Source: an uncultured Gammaproteobacteria bacterium
Lineage (GTDB): Bacteria > Pseudomonadota > Gammaproteobacteria > GCA-001735895
Reading direction: 5' to 3'
NCBI GenBank assembly: GCA_913061315.1
Contig: CAJXUC010000002.1
Coordinates: 15,820 to 79,819, forward strand
DNA length: 64,000 bases
Shown: piece after piece, positions 21,681-32,200 of the stretch
Layout: every line of letters begins with the position of its first letter
How positions within the stretch are numbered: the first letter of the stretch is position 1
The notes under the pieces: generated by a model
Databases searched by the model: none
What the model was told of the DNA's origin: nothing
Seen by the model: the letters and a program-made list of their open reading frames with translations, nothing else
Program-made: the position numbers and the translations under genes

Positions 21681-23060
21681 ATGGCAATTAGTGTTTTTGA
21701 TTTATTTTCTATCGGTATTGGCCCGTCAAGCTCCCATACCGTCGGGCCAATGCGTGCTGCCAACCAATTCATAAAAGGAATGCTTGACGATGGTTTAATA
21801 TCGCAGGTTACTCGAATTAAAACTGACTTATTCGGATCATTGGGTGCAACGGGCAAAGGTCACGGCAGCGACAAGGCGATTATATTTGGTCTTGAGGGTG
21901 ACGTGCCCGAAACCATAAACACGGCGACGGTCGACAATCGTTTAAACAGCATTCGCATTGCAAGCCAAATCAATTTGATGGGCCAAAAGTGTATCCAATT
22001 TAACGAAAAAACTGATGTCATCATGCATCGTCGAAAAGCCTTACCTTTTCATCCCAATGGCATGACTTTCGTCGCTTATAACCAGGTGGGTGAGGAGCTA
22101 CGTAACGCCACTTTTTATTCGGTTGGAGGTGGTTTTATCGTCGATGAAACAGCTGCTGGCAGTGATCGAATTAAAGAAGATGATACCAAACAACCCTACC
22201 CCTTTCTTTCCGCGGTTAACTTGTTGATTCACTGTGCCAATCATGAAATGCGTATTAGTGACGTAATGATGGAGAACGAAAAAGTTTGGCGCAGTGAAGC
22301 AGAAATCCGAAGTGGTTTACTCAACATCTGGAAGGTCATGCAGACCTGTGTCACCAACGGCTGCCTGAACGAAGGCATTTTGCCGGGCGGCCTCAAAGTA
22401 AAACGTCGTGCGGCGGACCTTTATCGAAAACTCACTACAAATCCAGAAATAACTGAAAAAGATTCTCTCACGTCACTTGATTGGGTCAACTTGTATGCCT
22501 TAGCGGTAAATGAAGAAAATGCGGCTGGCGGCCGAGTAGTGACCGCCCCTACTAACGGAGCAGCAGGCATAATACCTGCCGTGATGCACTACTATTATAA
22601 TTTTTTCCCCAATGCCAGTGATGATGGCATTGTGCGTTTTCTGTTAACCGCTGGTGCTATTGGCATTTTATATAAGGAAAATGCATCCATATCTGGTGCC
22701 GAAGTCGGTTGCCAGGGTGAAGTCGGCAGCGCCTGTTCAATGGCGGCTGGCGCACTTACAGAGGTCCTCGGTGGCACGCCGGAACAAGCTGAGAACGCCG
22801 CTGAAATCGGAATGGAACATAATCTAGGGTTAACTTGCGATCCCATTGGCGGGCTAGTACAAGTCCCCTGTATTGAACGAAACGCTATGGCATCAGTAAA
22901 AGCCATCAACGCAGCTCGAATCTCAATGCGTGGCGACGGCCAACACTTTGTATCACTCGATAAAGTCATTAAAACTATGCGTGAAACTGGGGCCGATATG
23001 AAGACAAAATATAAAGAAACGTCTCGTGGTGGTTTAGCAGTTAATATTATTGAGTGTTAA
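21681..23060 (+). CDS. sdaA: L-serine ammonia-lyase (Fe-S)
   Basis: [62 protein letters not shown]. Confidence 0.97.
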   Translation: MAISVFDLFSIGIGPSSSHTVGPMRAANQFIKGMLDDGLISQVTRIKTDLFGSLGATGKGHGSDKAIIFGLEGDVPETINTATVDNRLNSIRIASQINLMGQKCIQFNEKTDVIMHRRKALPFHPNGMTFVAYNQVGEELRNATFYSVGGGFIVDETAAGSDRIKEDDTKQPYPFLSAVNLLIHCANHEMRISDVMMENEKVWRSEAEIRSGLLNIWKVMQTCVTNGCLNEGILPGGLKVKRRAADLYRKLTTNPEITEKDSLTSLDWVNLYALAVNEENAAGGRVVTAPTNGAAGIIPAVMHYYYNFFPNASDDGIVRFLLTAGAIGILYKENASISGAEVGCQGEVGSACSMAAGALTEVLGGTPEQAENAAEIGMEHNLGLTCDPIGGLVQVPCIERNAMASVKAINAARISMRGDGQHFVSLDKVIKTMRETGADMKTKYKETSRGGLAVNIIEC

Positions 23061-23222
23061 CCAACTTGCACACTCACGTTAGCACAACCTACTTTTATCC
23101 TAATGATTTAGTCAAAACTACCTAGAAACGGAAGTGAACAATACTCTGCTTTGACAACCTTGCCTCTCGTCGGCAAACTTGAGTAATGATTTTTTCACTT
23201 CGAAAAGGTAAATAAGATCCAT

Positions 23223-24305
23223 ATGCTTAGCAATATACAAAATTCGATTCGACCCTATCTCGCCTACTTTAGTGAACATATCTGGGTCCAAGCTTTGGTT
23301 ATCATTTTTGCCTCCTTCCTAATGGCCTTGATATTTGACCGTTTTATCGTTACTACTCTAAGAAGTCTGGCCACTAAAACTAAAATTGAAATAGATGACC
23401 ACCTAATCAACCTTCTGCATAGACCAATCTATAGCAGTGTCATTCTATTGGGACTATCACTTGCAACTCATACCCTTCATTTGGGAGATTCAATTGAATT
23501 CTTTGCCTTTTCATTCTTTAAAAGTATTGCATTAATCGTCTGGTCAATATTATTACTCCGAGTCACACGGTTATTGCTGCGTCACATTGCTCAAAACGAT
23601 ACGCATATCAACATACTGCATTTTAAAACACTCCCATTGTTTGAAAATATGGCCAATATCACCATTTTTGTTTTTGCCGTCTATATTATATTTTCAACTT
23701 GGAACATTGATATGACAGCATGGCTTGCCTCAGCAGGGATTGTTGGTATTGCAGTTGGTTTTGCAGCGAAAGATACGTTAGCTAATTTGTTTTCTGGCGT
23801 CTTTATAATGGCTGATGCGCCCTATAAAATAGGTGATTTCGTCGTATTAGATTCGGGTGAGCGTGGCGAAATTACACATATAGGCATTCGCAGTACACGT
23901 CTGTTGACCCGAGACGATGTTGAAGTGACTATTCCAAACTCGGTAATGGGCAACACAAAAATCATCAATGAATCCGGTGGGCCTAACGAAAAATACCGAA
24001 TACGAATCGCTGTTGGAGTTGCTTATGGCAGTGATATTGACCTAGTCAGAACCATACTAACTGAGATTGCGATTGCAAACGATGCCATTTGTATTGATCC
24101 AGAACCTCGAGTCCGATTTCGAGCGTTTGGCGCATCAAGCTTAGACTTTGAACTCTTGGGTTGGATCGACCAACCCGTGTTGAAAGGACGCGTGATTGAT
24201 TTGATTAACTGCCAAATTTACAAACGCTTCCTTGAAGAAAAAATTGAAATACCTTATAGCAAGCAGGACTTATATATTAAGGAAATGCCAAAATCTTTTG
24301 ACTAA
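23223..24305 (+). CDS. Small-conductance mechanosensitive channel (MscS family)
   Basis: LASAGIVGIAVGFAAKDTLANLFSG, PYKIGD, IGIRST, IPNS, FGASSLDF. Confidence 0.93.
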   Translation: MLSNIQNSIRPYLAYFSEHIWVQALVIIFASFLMALIFDRFIVTTLRSLATKTKIEIDDHLINLLHRPIYSSVILLGLSLATHTLHLGDSIEFFAFSFFKSIALIVWSILLLRVTRLLLRHIAQNDTHINILHFKTLPLFENMANITIFVFAVYIIFSTWNIDMTAWLASAGIVGIAVGFAAKDTLANLFSGVFIMADAPYKIGDFVVLDSGERGEITHIGIRSTRLLTRDDVEVTIPNSVMGNTKIINESGGPNEKYRIRIAVGVAYGSDIDLVRTILTEIAIANDAICIDPEPRVRFRAFGASSLDFELLGWIDQPVLKGRVIDLINCQIYKRFLEEKIEIPYSKQDLYIKEMPKSFD

Positions 24306-24312
24306 TTAATCA

Positions 24313-25746
24313 TTAACTAAATATTTGTTGTGCCCAAAGCGATAGCTTGTTCAACAAGGCTTGTTCACGATCACCCTGTTCACGCTGCGCAAGTGTTAAT
24401 AGTTGATGCTGGAATTTTTCGACCGTTAATCCGTTGGCGTTGTCTTCATCAAGCATTCGGCTCTGGCAAAAACGTTGCCAACGTAATGATTCGTCTGGCG
24501 TTAACGACTGTGGATAATTACGTGCCCGGTAGCGAAAAAATAATGTTTGTAAACGCTTATCCTGAAAGCAATCTTCTGACCAACTAGACAGCTCAATAGG
24601 CGTTGCAGCTAACACTTGGTTGCACACTAATCGATCCTGTTGACTGATAAATCCTTCGTATAGTGCACCGTCAGCGTCACCTGATGGATGATTTTTTACC
24701 TCACTATAAACATGAGTTAAACGCTTAATAATATTAGGGTCTGATAACAATAAATCTCGATTCACACGGATTTCATCCCAATTAAACTGCCATTGATTGG
24801 CTTGTTTTTCATTCAATGTCGACACCGGCGCCAGTGCCGGCGACTTGTTTATATGTACACCTTTCAACGGCAATCGCTGCTCACCTTCAGCCAAATCAAC
24901 GGTTCGGGTATATAACTTTTTTTGAATGTCTTCTGCGCTTAAGTTCAATAGGATTTCAGGGTTGAAACGCAAGTTATAGCAAATGATTTCATTAGAATTA
25001 GTGGGATTTGCGAGCAATGGAAGTATTGGGGCAAGACAGCCTTGATCAGCAGGGAACATACCGCTGACATGCAAAAGAATGTCGGGCTTAGAGAGATTTA
25101 GAAGCTCAGCGGCTTTATTTTTATTTCGAAGGTTAAAATAAAAGTCAAATAACTTAGGCTGCTTTCTTTTCACCAACTTTGCCAATGCAATAGTAGCCTT
25201 AACATCCACTAAAGCATCATGGGCACCTTGCTGCTCGATATCATTGGCTTGGGTTAAATCAGTTAACTTAAAGCTAGCGACACCCTTATCATTTATTGGC
25301 CACTGAATACCTTCTGGGCGAAGGGCGCGTGTTAATCGAAGTAAATCCAGAACATCCCATCGGCTATTACCGTTTTGCCAACTATAGGCATAAGGGTCAC
25401 GAAAATTACGATAAAATCCAAATCGGGTAACCTCATCGTCAAATCTGAGGTTGTTATAACCAACAATACAACTATTAGATTGACTCAATTCAGTGTGTAT
25501 TAGCCTAAAAAAATCAGCTTCAGGAATACCCTCTGAACTGGCCAGTTGTGGCGTAATGCCAGTGATCAAGACAGCCTCAGGATGCGGTAAAAAATCACTG
25601 GTGGGTTTAGCGTAAAGCATTAATGGTTCGCCGACAATTTCAAGGTTTTCATCCGTTCGAATACCAGCAAACTGGGCCACCCTATCAACTCGTGGGTTTG
25701 CCCCCCAGGTTTCATAATCATGCCAATAAAAACTTGCGTCTGCCAT
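24313..25746 (-). CDS. sbcB: Exodeoxyribonuclease I
   Basis: WHDYETWG, QFAGIRTD, GYNNLRFDDE, AHDALVDV, FRYRARNYP. Confidence 0.97.
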   Translation of the reverse strand: MADASFYWHDYETWGANPRVDRVAQFAGIRTDENLEIVGEPLMLYAKPTSDFLPHPEAVLITGITPQLASSEGIPEADFFRLIHTELSQSNSCIVGYNNLRFDDEVTRFGFYRNFRDPYAYSWQNGNSRWDVLDLLRLTRALRPEGIQWPINDKGVASFKLTDLTQANDIEQQGAHDALVDVKATIALAKLVKRKQPKLFDFYFNLRNKNKAAELLNLSKPDILLHVSGMFPADQGCLAPILPLLANPTNSNEIICYNLRFNPEILLNLSAEDIQKKLYTRTVDLAEGEQRLPLKGVHINKSPALAPVSTLNEKQANQWQFNWDEIRVNRDLLLSDPNIIKRLTHVYSEVKNHPSGDADGALYEGFISQQDRLVCNQVLAATPIELSSWSEDCFQDKRLQTLFFRYRARNYPQSLTPDESLRWQRFCQSRMLDEDNANGLTVEKFQHQLLTLAQREQGDREQALLNKLSLWAQQIFS

Positions 25747-25921
25747 ACCTTACTCTTCAGTCAGTTGCTTGGAATTTTTCAGTGCACCTTTTTTAGGTGA
25801 CTCGTTTAATAAAACTATCTAGGGTAGGTTATTTTACAAACCTATCGATCAGAAAAACATCATTCATCTTTTTAAATACATTCGTAACTATCTGTTATTA
25901 GTAATTCACTGAAAGGATATA

Positions 25922-26260
25922 ATGGAGAAGCGGCTTACCCGACTGCTCAGCACCGCGACTCATCCTCCCCTTATCAAGACTGACAACAGTTGATTTATCC
26001 TGAATGCGCCTATGAATGGTCACAGGATGCCACTATTAATGCAAACTCTCTATCCGTATTAAAGACTCCAATGGTAATTTGCTAACGGATGGTGATACCG
26101 TGAGCATGACCAAAAGTTTAAAAGTAAGGGATTTATTTTAAACAGTTAAAGTCGGCACGAGGTTAAGAAACATTCGCCTCATCATGACAACCATGATATG
26201 GACTGTAAAGTAAATGGCATCGGTGCAATGAAATTGAAATCAATGTTTTTCATAAAATGT
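25922..26260 (+). pseudogene. yjdM: Degraded phnA/yjdM (zinc-ribbon PhnA domain) pseudogene
   Basis: Fragments across frames: LPDC / YQD*QQLIYPECAYEW / IKDSNGNLLTDGDTVSMTKSLKVRDLF*TVKVGTRLRNIRLI / DNHDMDCKVNGIGAMKLKS. RBS AAAGGA precedes the ATG at 25922. Confidence 0.9.
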
Positions 26261-26545
26261 AAAATACTGAGCAAGCGACATATTGTTTAATTTTTTAGGT
26301 GCTCTATCTGCCACTTCGACATTGCCCGTCAGAGCTATGTTAAAGACAAAATGGGAAGCTGCCAAAAGTAACCGTAATCAAGGCTTGCTAAAAACTGGTG
26401 GATAAATCATTCAAACACTAGTTGAGCTGATTTCAAAATGATAGACTCATTGTTTATTTCTGATCATCATCCCAAATGGTCATTCCTAATTATTCATTTC
26501 AATTACATATTTAATTCTTAATCAAAATCACTTCTTGGAGAAACC

Positions 26546-27016
26546 ATGTCCTTAACTATTACCGATAACTTGGTCGTCAGCATTACTTATACATTAACCA
26601 ACGATGATGCGACGGTTCTTGATAGTACTGAAGAGTCGGGTCCAATGGACTATCTTCACGGTGGTGACAACATCATTCAAGGCTTGGAAGATGGCCTAGA
26701 AGGCAAGCAAGTCGGAGACAAGTTGAAGGTTCGCGTAGATCCAGAAGATGGCTATGGCGAGGTCTTTACCGAACTCATGCAGGTCGTTGACCTTGCTTCT
26801 TTCGAAGGCGTCGAGTCAGTCGAAGCAGGGATGCAATTTGAATCTGAAACAGATGAGGGTGAACTGGAAATAGTCACTATAAAAAGCGTAGAAGGCAATG
26901 AAGTCACTATCGATGCCAACCACCCTCTAGCCGGTGTTACGTTAAATTTTGATGTTGAAATTGTAGGTGTTCGAAAAGCAACGGCTGAAGAAATTGAACA
27001 TGAGCATGTTCATTAG
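26546..27016 (+). CDS. slyD: FKBP-type peptidyl-prolyl isomerase (SlyD-like)
   Basis: YLHGGDNIIQGLE, DANHPLAGVTLNF, C-terminal EEIEHEHVH. Confidence 0.9.
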   Translation: MSLTITDNLVVSITYTLTNDDATVLDSTEESGPMDYLHGGDNIIQGLEDGLEGKQVGDKLKVRVDPEDGYGEVFTELMQVVDLASFEGVESVEAGMQFESETDEGELEIVTIKSVEGNEVTIDANHPLAGVTLNFDVEIVGVRKATAEEIEHEHVH

Positions 27017-27030
27017 ATAAATCGTAACTA

Positions 27031-27077
27031 GCCGACCAGTCACGGTTATTCACATTGAGTAACCGTGACTGGTCGGC
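27031..27077. repeat. Long inverted repeat between convergent slyD and rhlE
   Basis: GCCGACCAGTCACGGTTA-ttcacattgag-TAACCGTGACTGGTCGGC, 18-bp perfect stem. Confidence 0.85.
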
Positions 27078-27083
27078 AATAAT

Positions 27084-28406
27084 TCAACCCGAGGCTTGCT
27101 TCGCCCTAGGGCTATTATTCCCAGAATTACCATTCACATTTGTATTGCCAGATCGCTGATTCCCTTGAGATCGATTACCCCCACCTGATCGTCCACCGCC
27201 ATTATTCCAAACCTTTGCTTTCTTCGGTTTGTTCGATACTGGATTAGCGCTCAATCGTGTTTCGGGGACACTATGGTTAGGCTCAAATCCGTCAATCAGT
27301 TTGCGCGTTAATACTTGCTGAATCAGTTTTTCAATACCTGACAATAGTTTCACTTCATCAGCACTCACTAAAGATACCGCTTGTCCACTAGCCCCGGCTC
27401 GGCCCGTTCGACCGATACGATGCACATAGTCTTCTGGAACATTAGGTAAGTCAAAGTTAACCACATGAGGTAGTTGCTCGATATCAAGCCCACGCGCAGC
27501 GATATCAGTTGCAACTAACACAGGAGTCTGACCATTTTTAAACTCTAACAATGCTTTAGTTCTGGCTGCCTGACTTTTATTGCCGTGAATTGCAGCTGAG
27601 CGAATGCCTCGACTATCAAGTTGTTTGGCTAGCTTATTAGCTCCGTGTTTTGTACGTGTAAATACCAACACCTGATGCCAATCACCCTCTTGTATTAGTT
27701 GAGTTAATAAGGCTGATTTTTGTGCCTTATCAACGGGATGGACCAATTGTTCAACTAATTCGACAGTCGTATTACGGGGACTAACTGAAATCTCAACCGG
27801 GTTATTTACCATACCTTTGGCGAGGCTTCGAATATCATTGGAGAAAGTTGCTGAAAACAGTAAGTTTTGACGCTTAGTCGGCAACTTTGCAAGAATTTTT
27901 TTAATGTCGTGAATAAACCCCATATCAAGCATACGGTCAGCTTCATCTAACACAAGCACTTCGACTTGGCTAAAATTGACAGCATTTTGGTTGTGCAAAT
28001 CAAGCAATCTTCCGGGTGTAGCCACCAGTATATCGACTCCACGACGGAGCTTCATCATTTGTGGATTAATCTTTACACCACCAAAAACTACGGCCGAGCT
28101 CAATGAAAGGTGCTTACCATAAGTAATGACACTCTCGTGAACTTGCGCTGCCAATTCGCGGGTTGGTGTTAATATCAAAGCACGTATATGGTTCGATTTT
28201 GCCCTTTCACCTTGAGACAGGCGCTCTAAAATTGGCAAAGTAAAACCCGCTGTCTTACCCGTACCCGTTTGGGCTGCGCCCATAACATCTTTGCCCTCGA
28301 TAATAGCGGGAATAGCTTGGGCTTGAATCGGTGTTGGCGTATCGTAGCCATTGGCAGTGACAGCTTGAAGAATTGGGTCTGATAACCCAAGAGAAGCAAA
28401 ACTCAT
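27084..28406 (-). CDS. rhlE: DEAD-box RNA helicase RhlE
   Basis: Q motif, [29 protein letters not shown]; G/N/S-rich tail. Confidence 0.93.
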   Translation of the reverse strand: MSFASLGLSDPILQAVTANGYDTPTPIQAQAIPAIIEGKDVMGAAQTGTGKTAGFTLPILERLSQGERAKSNHIRALILTPTRELAAQVHESVITYGKHLSLSSAVVFGGVKINPQMMKLRRGVDILVATPGRLLDLHNQNAVNFSQVEVLVLDEADRMLDMGFIHDIKKILAKLPTKRQNLLFSATFSNDIRSLAKGMVNNPVEISVSPRNTTVELVEQLVHPVDKAQKSALLTQLIQEGDWHQVLVFTRTKHGANKLAKQLDSRGIRSAAIHGNKSQAARTKALLEFKNGQTPVLVATDIAARGLDIEQLPHVVNFDLPNVPEDYVHRIGRTGRAGASGQAVSLVSADEVKLLSGIEKLIQQVLTRKLIDGFEPNHSVPETRLSANPVSNKPKKAKVWNNGGGRSGGGNRSQGNQRSGNTNVNGNSGNNSPRAKQASG

Positions 28407-28445
28407 ATTGTTGGCTCTAAAAATATTGATTAAGGAAGTTGACTA

Positions 28446-28484
28446 AGAAAATCATCTCAGAAAATCGTCTCAGAAAATCATCTT
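28446..28484. repeat. 13-bp tandem repeat x3 in the rhlE upstream region
   Basis: AGAAAATCATCTC AGAAAATCGTCTC AGAAAATCATCTT. Confidence 0.85.
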
Positions 28485-28865
28485 AAAATTAATAGCTGAA
28501 CGGTATTGGTGTCGTGCGGCAAAAAATCGTGGACAACACAATTAAGTGCTGTAAAGGGATATCTTACAGCAACTTGTGCTTGGGTGCTATTAACGCTGCT
28601 CAAAAAACAAAAATAGAGCTACTTTAATACTTCATTATGCGATTTTTCCTACTAAAAATAGCGTAATAACTTTTACAGTTACTTATCACCAGATATGAGG
28701 TTACGCTGAAAGCGACGTGTAATCTATGTGTTCAAGCTTTAATAATTAAATCGTATAATAAATAATGCCTAGTGGCAGTTCAAAGAGAGGGTTTTGACGT
28801 TCTCACTCATTGAGTTTAGATTAAAGCCCATTAAGAGTCGCTTAGCTTTTATAAAATTTTTAAAA

Positions 28866-29168
28866 TTAAATCGAGTGACCACAACGCCAGCATAACTTAA
28901 ATGAAGCATCATTTTTCTCCTGACAGCCTCGACAAAACCAGTCGTCGCCGCAGGTATTTAAAACAATGTTTTTTAAAATAATTTCGGCTCGATCAAACTG
29001 ATCATCATCTTCAATCCAAAGCTCTGGCCAAGTATCAAACGTCGCTAGATCACCAGCGCCACCAGATGAATATTCATTCATCACCATCGATTTAATACCC
29101 TCACCCTGCATGACATTTTTCAAATTAAAAATGATCATGCGATTTTCGTGGGTATAAAGTTTCTTCAT
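28866..29168 (-). CDS. DUF2007 family protein with C-terminal zinc finger
   Basis: EGIKSMVMNEYSSGGAG...WPELWI; WFCRGC...CWRCG. Confidence 0.8.
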   Translation of the reverse strand: MKKLYTHENRMIIFNLKNVMQGEGIKSMVMNEYSSGGAGDLATFDTWPELWIEDDDQFDRAEIILKNIVLNTCGDDWFCRGCQEKNDASFKLCWRCGHSI

Positions 29169-29195
29169 ATCCTTTCGATTCAACTACTGGGCAAG

Positions 29196-29984
29196 CTAAA
29201 TGCCACGAGACTCTCGTATGAGCTCATAGGCACTTTTAATTTGCTGAGTTTTAGCTGTCGCATCTTTAATCATTTCGTCAGGCAAACCCTTGGCAACCAA
29301 TTTGTCAGGATGATGCTGAGACATCAGACGTCGGTAGGCTTTTTTTAAGTCAGCATCACTAACTGATTTTTCAACACCAACAATAGCGTAGGCATCTGGC
29401 AGACTAGATTGTCCTGATGACGCTTGACGCTGCCCACCAAAGCCAGCTTTGAGCATCTCTTCCATTCGTTTCAACTGCACTAATGGAATACCTAAACGTT
29501 GGCAAATATGCGCCAATACCTTTTCTTCTGACGGGTCCATTAAACCGTCGGCATAAGCGGCTTGAAGCTGTATTTCAAGGAACATTTGAAGCAGCGTGGT
29601 TCGGCGCCTTAACTCTGACTTGAATTGGTCCAAAACCTCATCAATCGGAAAGTCATCTGATTTGCCTTCATTAAAAAGCTTCTTTGCAGATTCGCGCATT
29701 TCGCCATCTAACCCAAGCTGTCGCATTACTTCTTCGGCTAATCTGATTTCGTCTCGAGTAACCTTTCCGTCGGCTTTAGCAATGTATCCCATGACAGAAA
29801 AAGTTGCAGTGAAAAACGCTGCTTGAACTCGATCTTGATTACCGCTACCTTTCCAGTCTGACTGTCCAATACCGGTCATGCCTCGATCAAAATTATGACC
29901 AAAGGCAACGCCCATTAATGCCCCCAAAGGTCCACCAACCATAAAACCAAATGCGCCACCCAGCGCCTTACCCCACCATGCCAT
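29196..29984 (-). CDS. djlA: Co-chaperone DjlA
   Basis: WWGKALGG TM, TerB-like AKADGKV, J domain HHPDKL. Confidence 0.95.
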   Translation of the reverse strand: MAWWGKALGGAFGFMVGGPLGALMGVAFGHNFDRGMTGIGQSDWKGSGNQDRVQAAFFTATFSVMGYIAKADGKVTRDEIRLAEEVMRQLGLDGEMRESAKKLFNEGKSDDFPIDEVLDQFKSELRRRTTLLQMFLEIQLQAAYADGLMDPSEEKVLAHICQRLGIPLVQLKRMEEMLKAGFGGQRQASSGQSSLPDAYAIVGVEKSVSDADLKKAYRRLMSQHHPDKLVAKGLPDEMIKDATAKTQQIKSAYELIRESRGI

Positions 29985-30017
29985 ATTAAATACCCACCTA
30001 AGATTTACACTAATTGG

Positions 30018-30947
30018 TTATAAGGAGTTGACCGACTCGATCATGACTTGTTGTTGTATCAAATCAAAACCTTGAATACAACAGACACCACCACCCCCAT
30101 ATTCAAATTCGACCCAGGTCATAGGTAGAAACGCATATTTTTCCATCATTGCTGCCTGTGAATTTCCAACCTCAATAAACAGGGCTCCGTGATCGCTTAA
30201 ATAACTACCAGCCTGTGCCAGCATTCGATCAACTAATAATAAACCATCTTTACCGGCTGCCAGACCTAGAGCCGGTTCACATTCGAATTCTGCCGTTAAT
30301 GCACTCATATCTTCTGCATCAACATAGGGTGGATTACTGACAATAATATCAAACTGTTGTAACGGAATATCGTCAAATAAATCGGACTGATAGAGCGTCA
30401 AATATTCATCGAGATCATGTTCACTTCGATTAATTGCCGCCACTTCGAGTGCCTCTGGAGAAATATCAGAGGCACAGACATCGGCAGATTCAAATGCATA
30501 TTGGCAAGCAATCGCAATACAACCACTGCCACTGCATAAGTCTAAGATTCGGTTAACTGGCTGACCACCAATCCAAGGCTCGAACTGGTTTGAAATGAGT
30601 TCAGCAATGGGTGAACGTGGCACCAATACACGCTCATCTACGTAAAATTTCAACCCACAAAACCAAGACTCGTGTGTGATATAGGCTGCAGGCTGACGTG
30701 AGTTGACGCGTTGTTTTAAAATATCAAAGACTTGCTCACGCTCGACATCAGTGAGTTGACAATCCAAATAATTATCCGGCCAGTCGATAGGCAATGCCAG
30801 AGTATAAAGAATTAAATACCTGGCTTCGTCTAAGGCCGTAGTGAATCCATGACCAAAACTTAGGTGACGTCGATTAAATTCACTGCTACCCCAGCGAATG
30901 AAGTCTCTAATAGTAAGCAACTTTTTAAGCATTTCCAGATCAGACAC
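30018..30947 (-). CDS. prmB: Ribosomal protein L3 N5-glutamine methyltransferase
   Basis: LTIRDFIRW, YVDERVLVPRSPIAELI, LDLCSGSGCI, SNPPY. Start is GTG 30947 or ATG 30932. Confidence 0.95.
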   Translation of the reverse strand: MSDLEMLKKLLTIRDFIRWGSSEFNRRHLSFGHGFTTALDEARYLILYTLALPIDWPDNYLDCQLTDVEREQVFDILKQRVNSRQPAAYITHESWFCGLKFYVDERVLVPRSPIAELISNQFEPWIGGQPVNRILDLCSGSGCIAIACQYAFESADVCASDISPEALEVAAINRSEHDLDEYLTLYQSDLFDDIPLQQFDIIVSNPPYVDAEDMSALTAEFECEPALGLAAGKDGLLLVDRMLAQAGSYLSDHGALFIEVGNSQAAMMEKYAFLPMTWVEFEYGGGGVCCIQGFDLIQQQVMIESVNSL

Positions 30948-31084
30948 GTTGAGTTTCAAACCAATTAAAATATAATGCGCTGATTCTACACTATTCAATC
31001 TGTAATCAAATAGAGTGCTGGTCGAATAACATCCAGATTTAGTCGTTAACAAAACGTTAAAACAACATTCAATCAGGTTTAAAC

Positions 31085-31705
31085 ATGAGAAGATCCGCTC
31101 CGTATATCATCGCAGTCGTTGCATTGGTGCTTGGCTTAGGTGGTTCTTGGTTTGCCCAAAATTCAAAGCCAATCAAACTTGAAGTAGGCCGCTGGTTTGG
31201 TGAGCAGGCGAGAACGCTGGTTGATTTTGAGTTACGCGACCAAAATAATCAGCCCTTTGGTGAAAAGCAGTTAAAGGGTAAATGGAGTTTACTATTTTTT
31301 GGTTACACTCATTGCCCAGACATCTGCCCTATTAGCTTGCAAGCCATGGCAGAAATGATGAAAGCAATAGATGACAAACATGTGCGTGAAGACCTCCAGG
31401 TTGCTTTTATTTCTGTTGACCCAGCCAGAGACACCCCAGCACTTTTAAAAAGTTATGTTGAATATTTTAATCCATCATTTATTGGCGCCACAGCCGCCCT
31501 ACCCGAGCTGAAAAAGCTAACAGCCTCTATTGGCATTGCTCACAAACTGGAAAAAAAAAGTGATGAGCAAGAGTCTTATTTAGTATCACATAGTGGCGCC
31601 ATTGTTTTACTCAATCCACAAGCTGAATTTTCCGGATTGTTCAGCGCACCACATGATGCACTCGCTATGGCTCGCGACATGACTAAAATAATTGAACACT
31701 ACTGA
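31085..31705 (+). CDS. SCO1/SenC copper chaperone
   Basis: FFGYTHCPDICP (CxxxC), SVDPARD, conserved His in VSHSG. Confidence 0.93.
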   Translation: MRRSAPYIIAVVALVLGLGGSWFAQNSKPIKLEVGRWFGEQARTLVDFELRDQNNQPFGEKQLKGKWSLLFFGYTHCPDICPISLQAMAEMMKAIDDKHVREDLQVAFISVDPARDTPALLKSYVEYFNPSFIGATAALPELKKLTASIGIAHKLEKKSDEQESYLVSHSGAIVLLNPQAEFSGLFSAPHDALAMARDMTKIIEHY

Positions 31706-31768
31706 GCGACCTTAAAGATTTTTACTGAATGAACAAACTCAATTAATTTTTAACTCTTGGACCTACTC

Positions 31769-32185
31769 ATGAACCGTTTTATCGCATTTATAACTTTTCT
31801 TATTATTTCTATGCCAAGTGTTGCCCAACCACTTCACGTGAGCGACGCCTGGATCAAAAATCTGCCTCCCGCTATACCAATGCGCGCAGGTTACATGCAG
31901 TTGATGAATCATGACGCAAATGCTGCAACCATTGTTTCAATTAGTAGCGATGCCTTTGAAAAAGTCGAAATTCACCAAACCATGAACATTGATGGGGTGA
32001 TGAGCATGCACCCAATCAACACTTTGGTACTTGAGGCCAACGGAATGGTTTCGTTAAAACCAGGTGGTATGCATCTGATGCTAATGAAGCCAACCAGAGA
32101 ATTGAAAATTGGAGACGAAATAGAAATCGTTCTTCAGTTTGATAATGATTCGTCACAAGTCATAATAATGACAGTCAAAAAATAA
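31769..32185 (+). CDS. Periplasmic copper chaperone PCu(A)C
   Basis: AGYM, VEIHQT...MSM, LKPGGMHLML. Confidence 0.92.
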   Translation: MNRFIAFITFLIISMPSVAQPLHVSDAWIKNLPPAIPMRAGYMQLMNHDANAATIVSISSDAFEKVEIHQTMNIDGVMSMHPINTLVLEANGMVSLKPGGMHLMLMKPTRELKIGDEIEIVLQFDNDSSQVIIMTVKK

Positions 32186-32200
32186 TTCGGGCACTGCGAT

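Noticed and set aside
28446-28484. Short direct repeats as a CRISPR array
   Set aside because: 13-bp head-to-tail units with no spacers and no cas genes.
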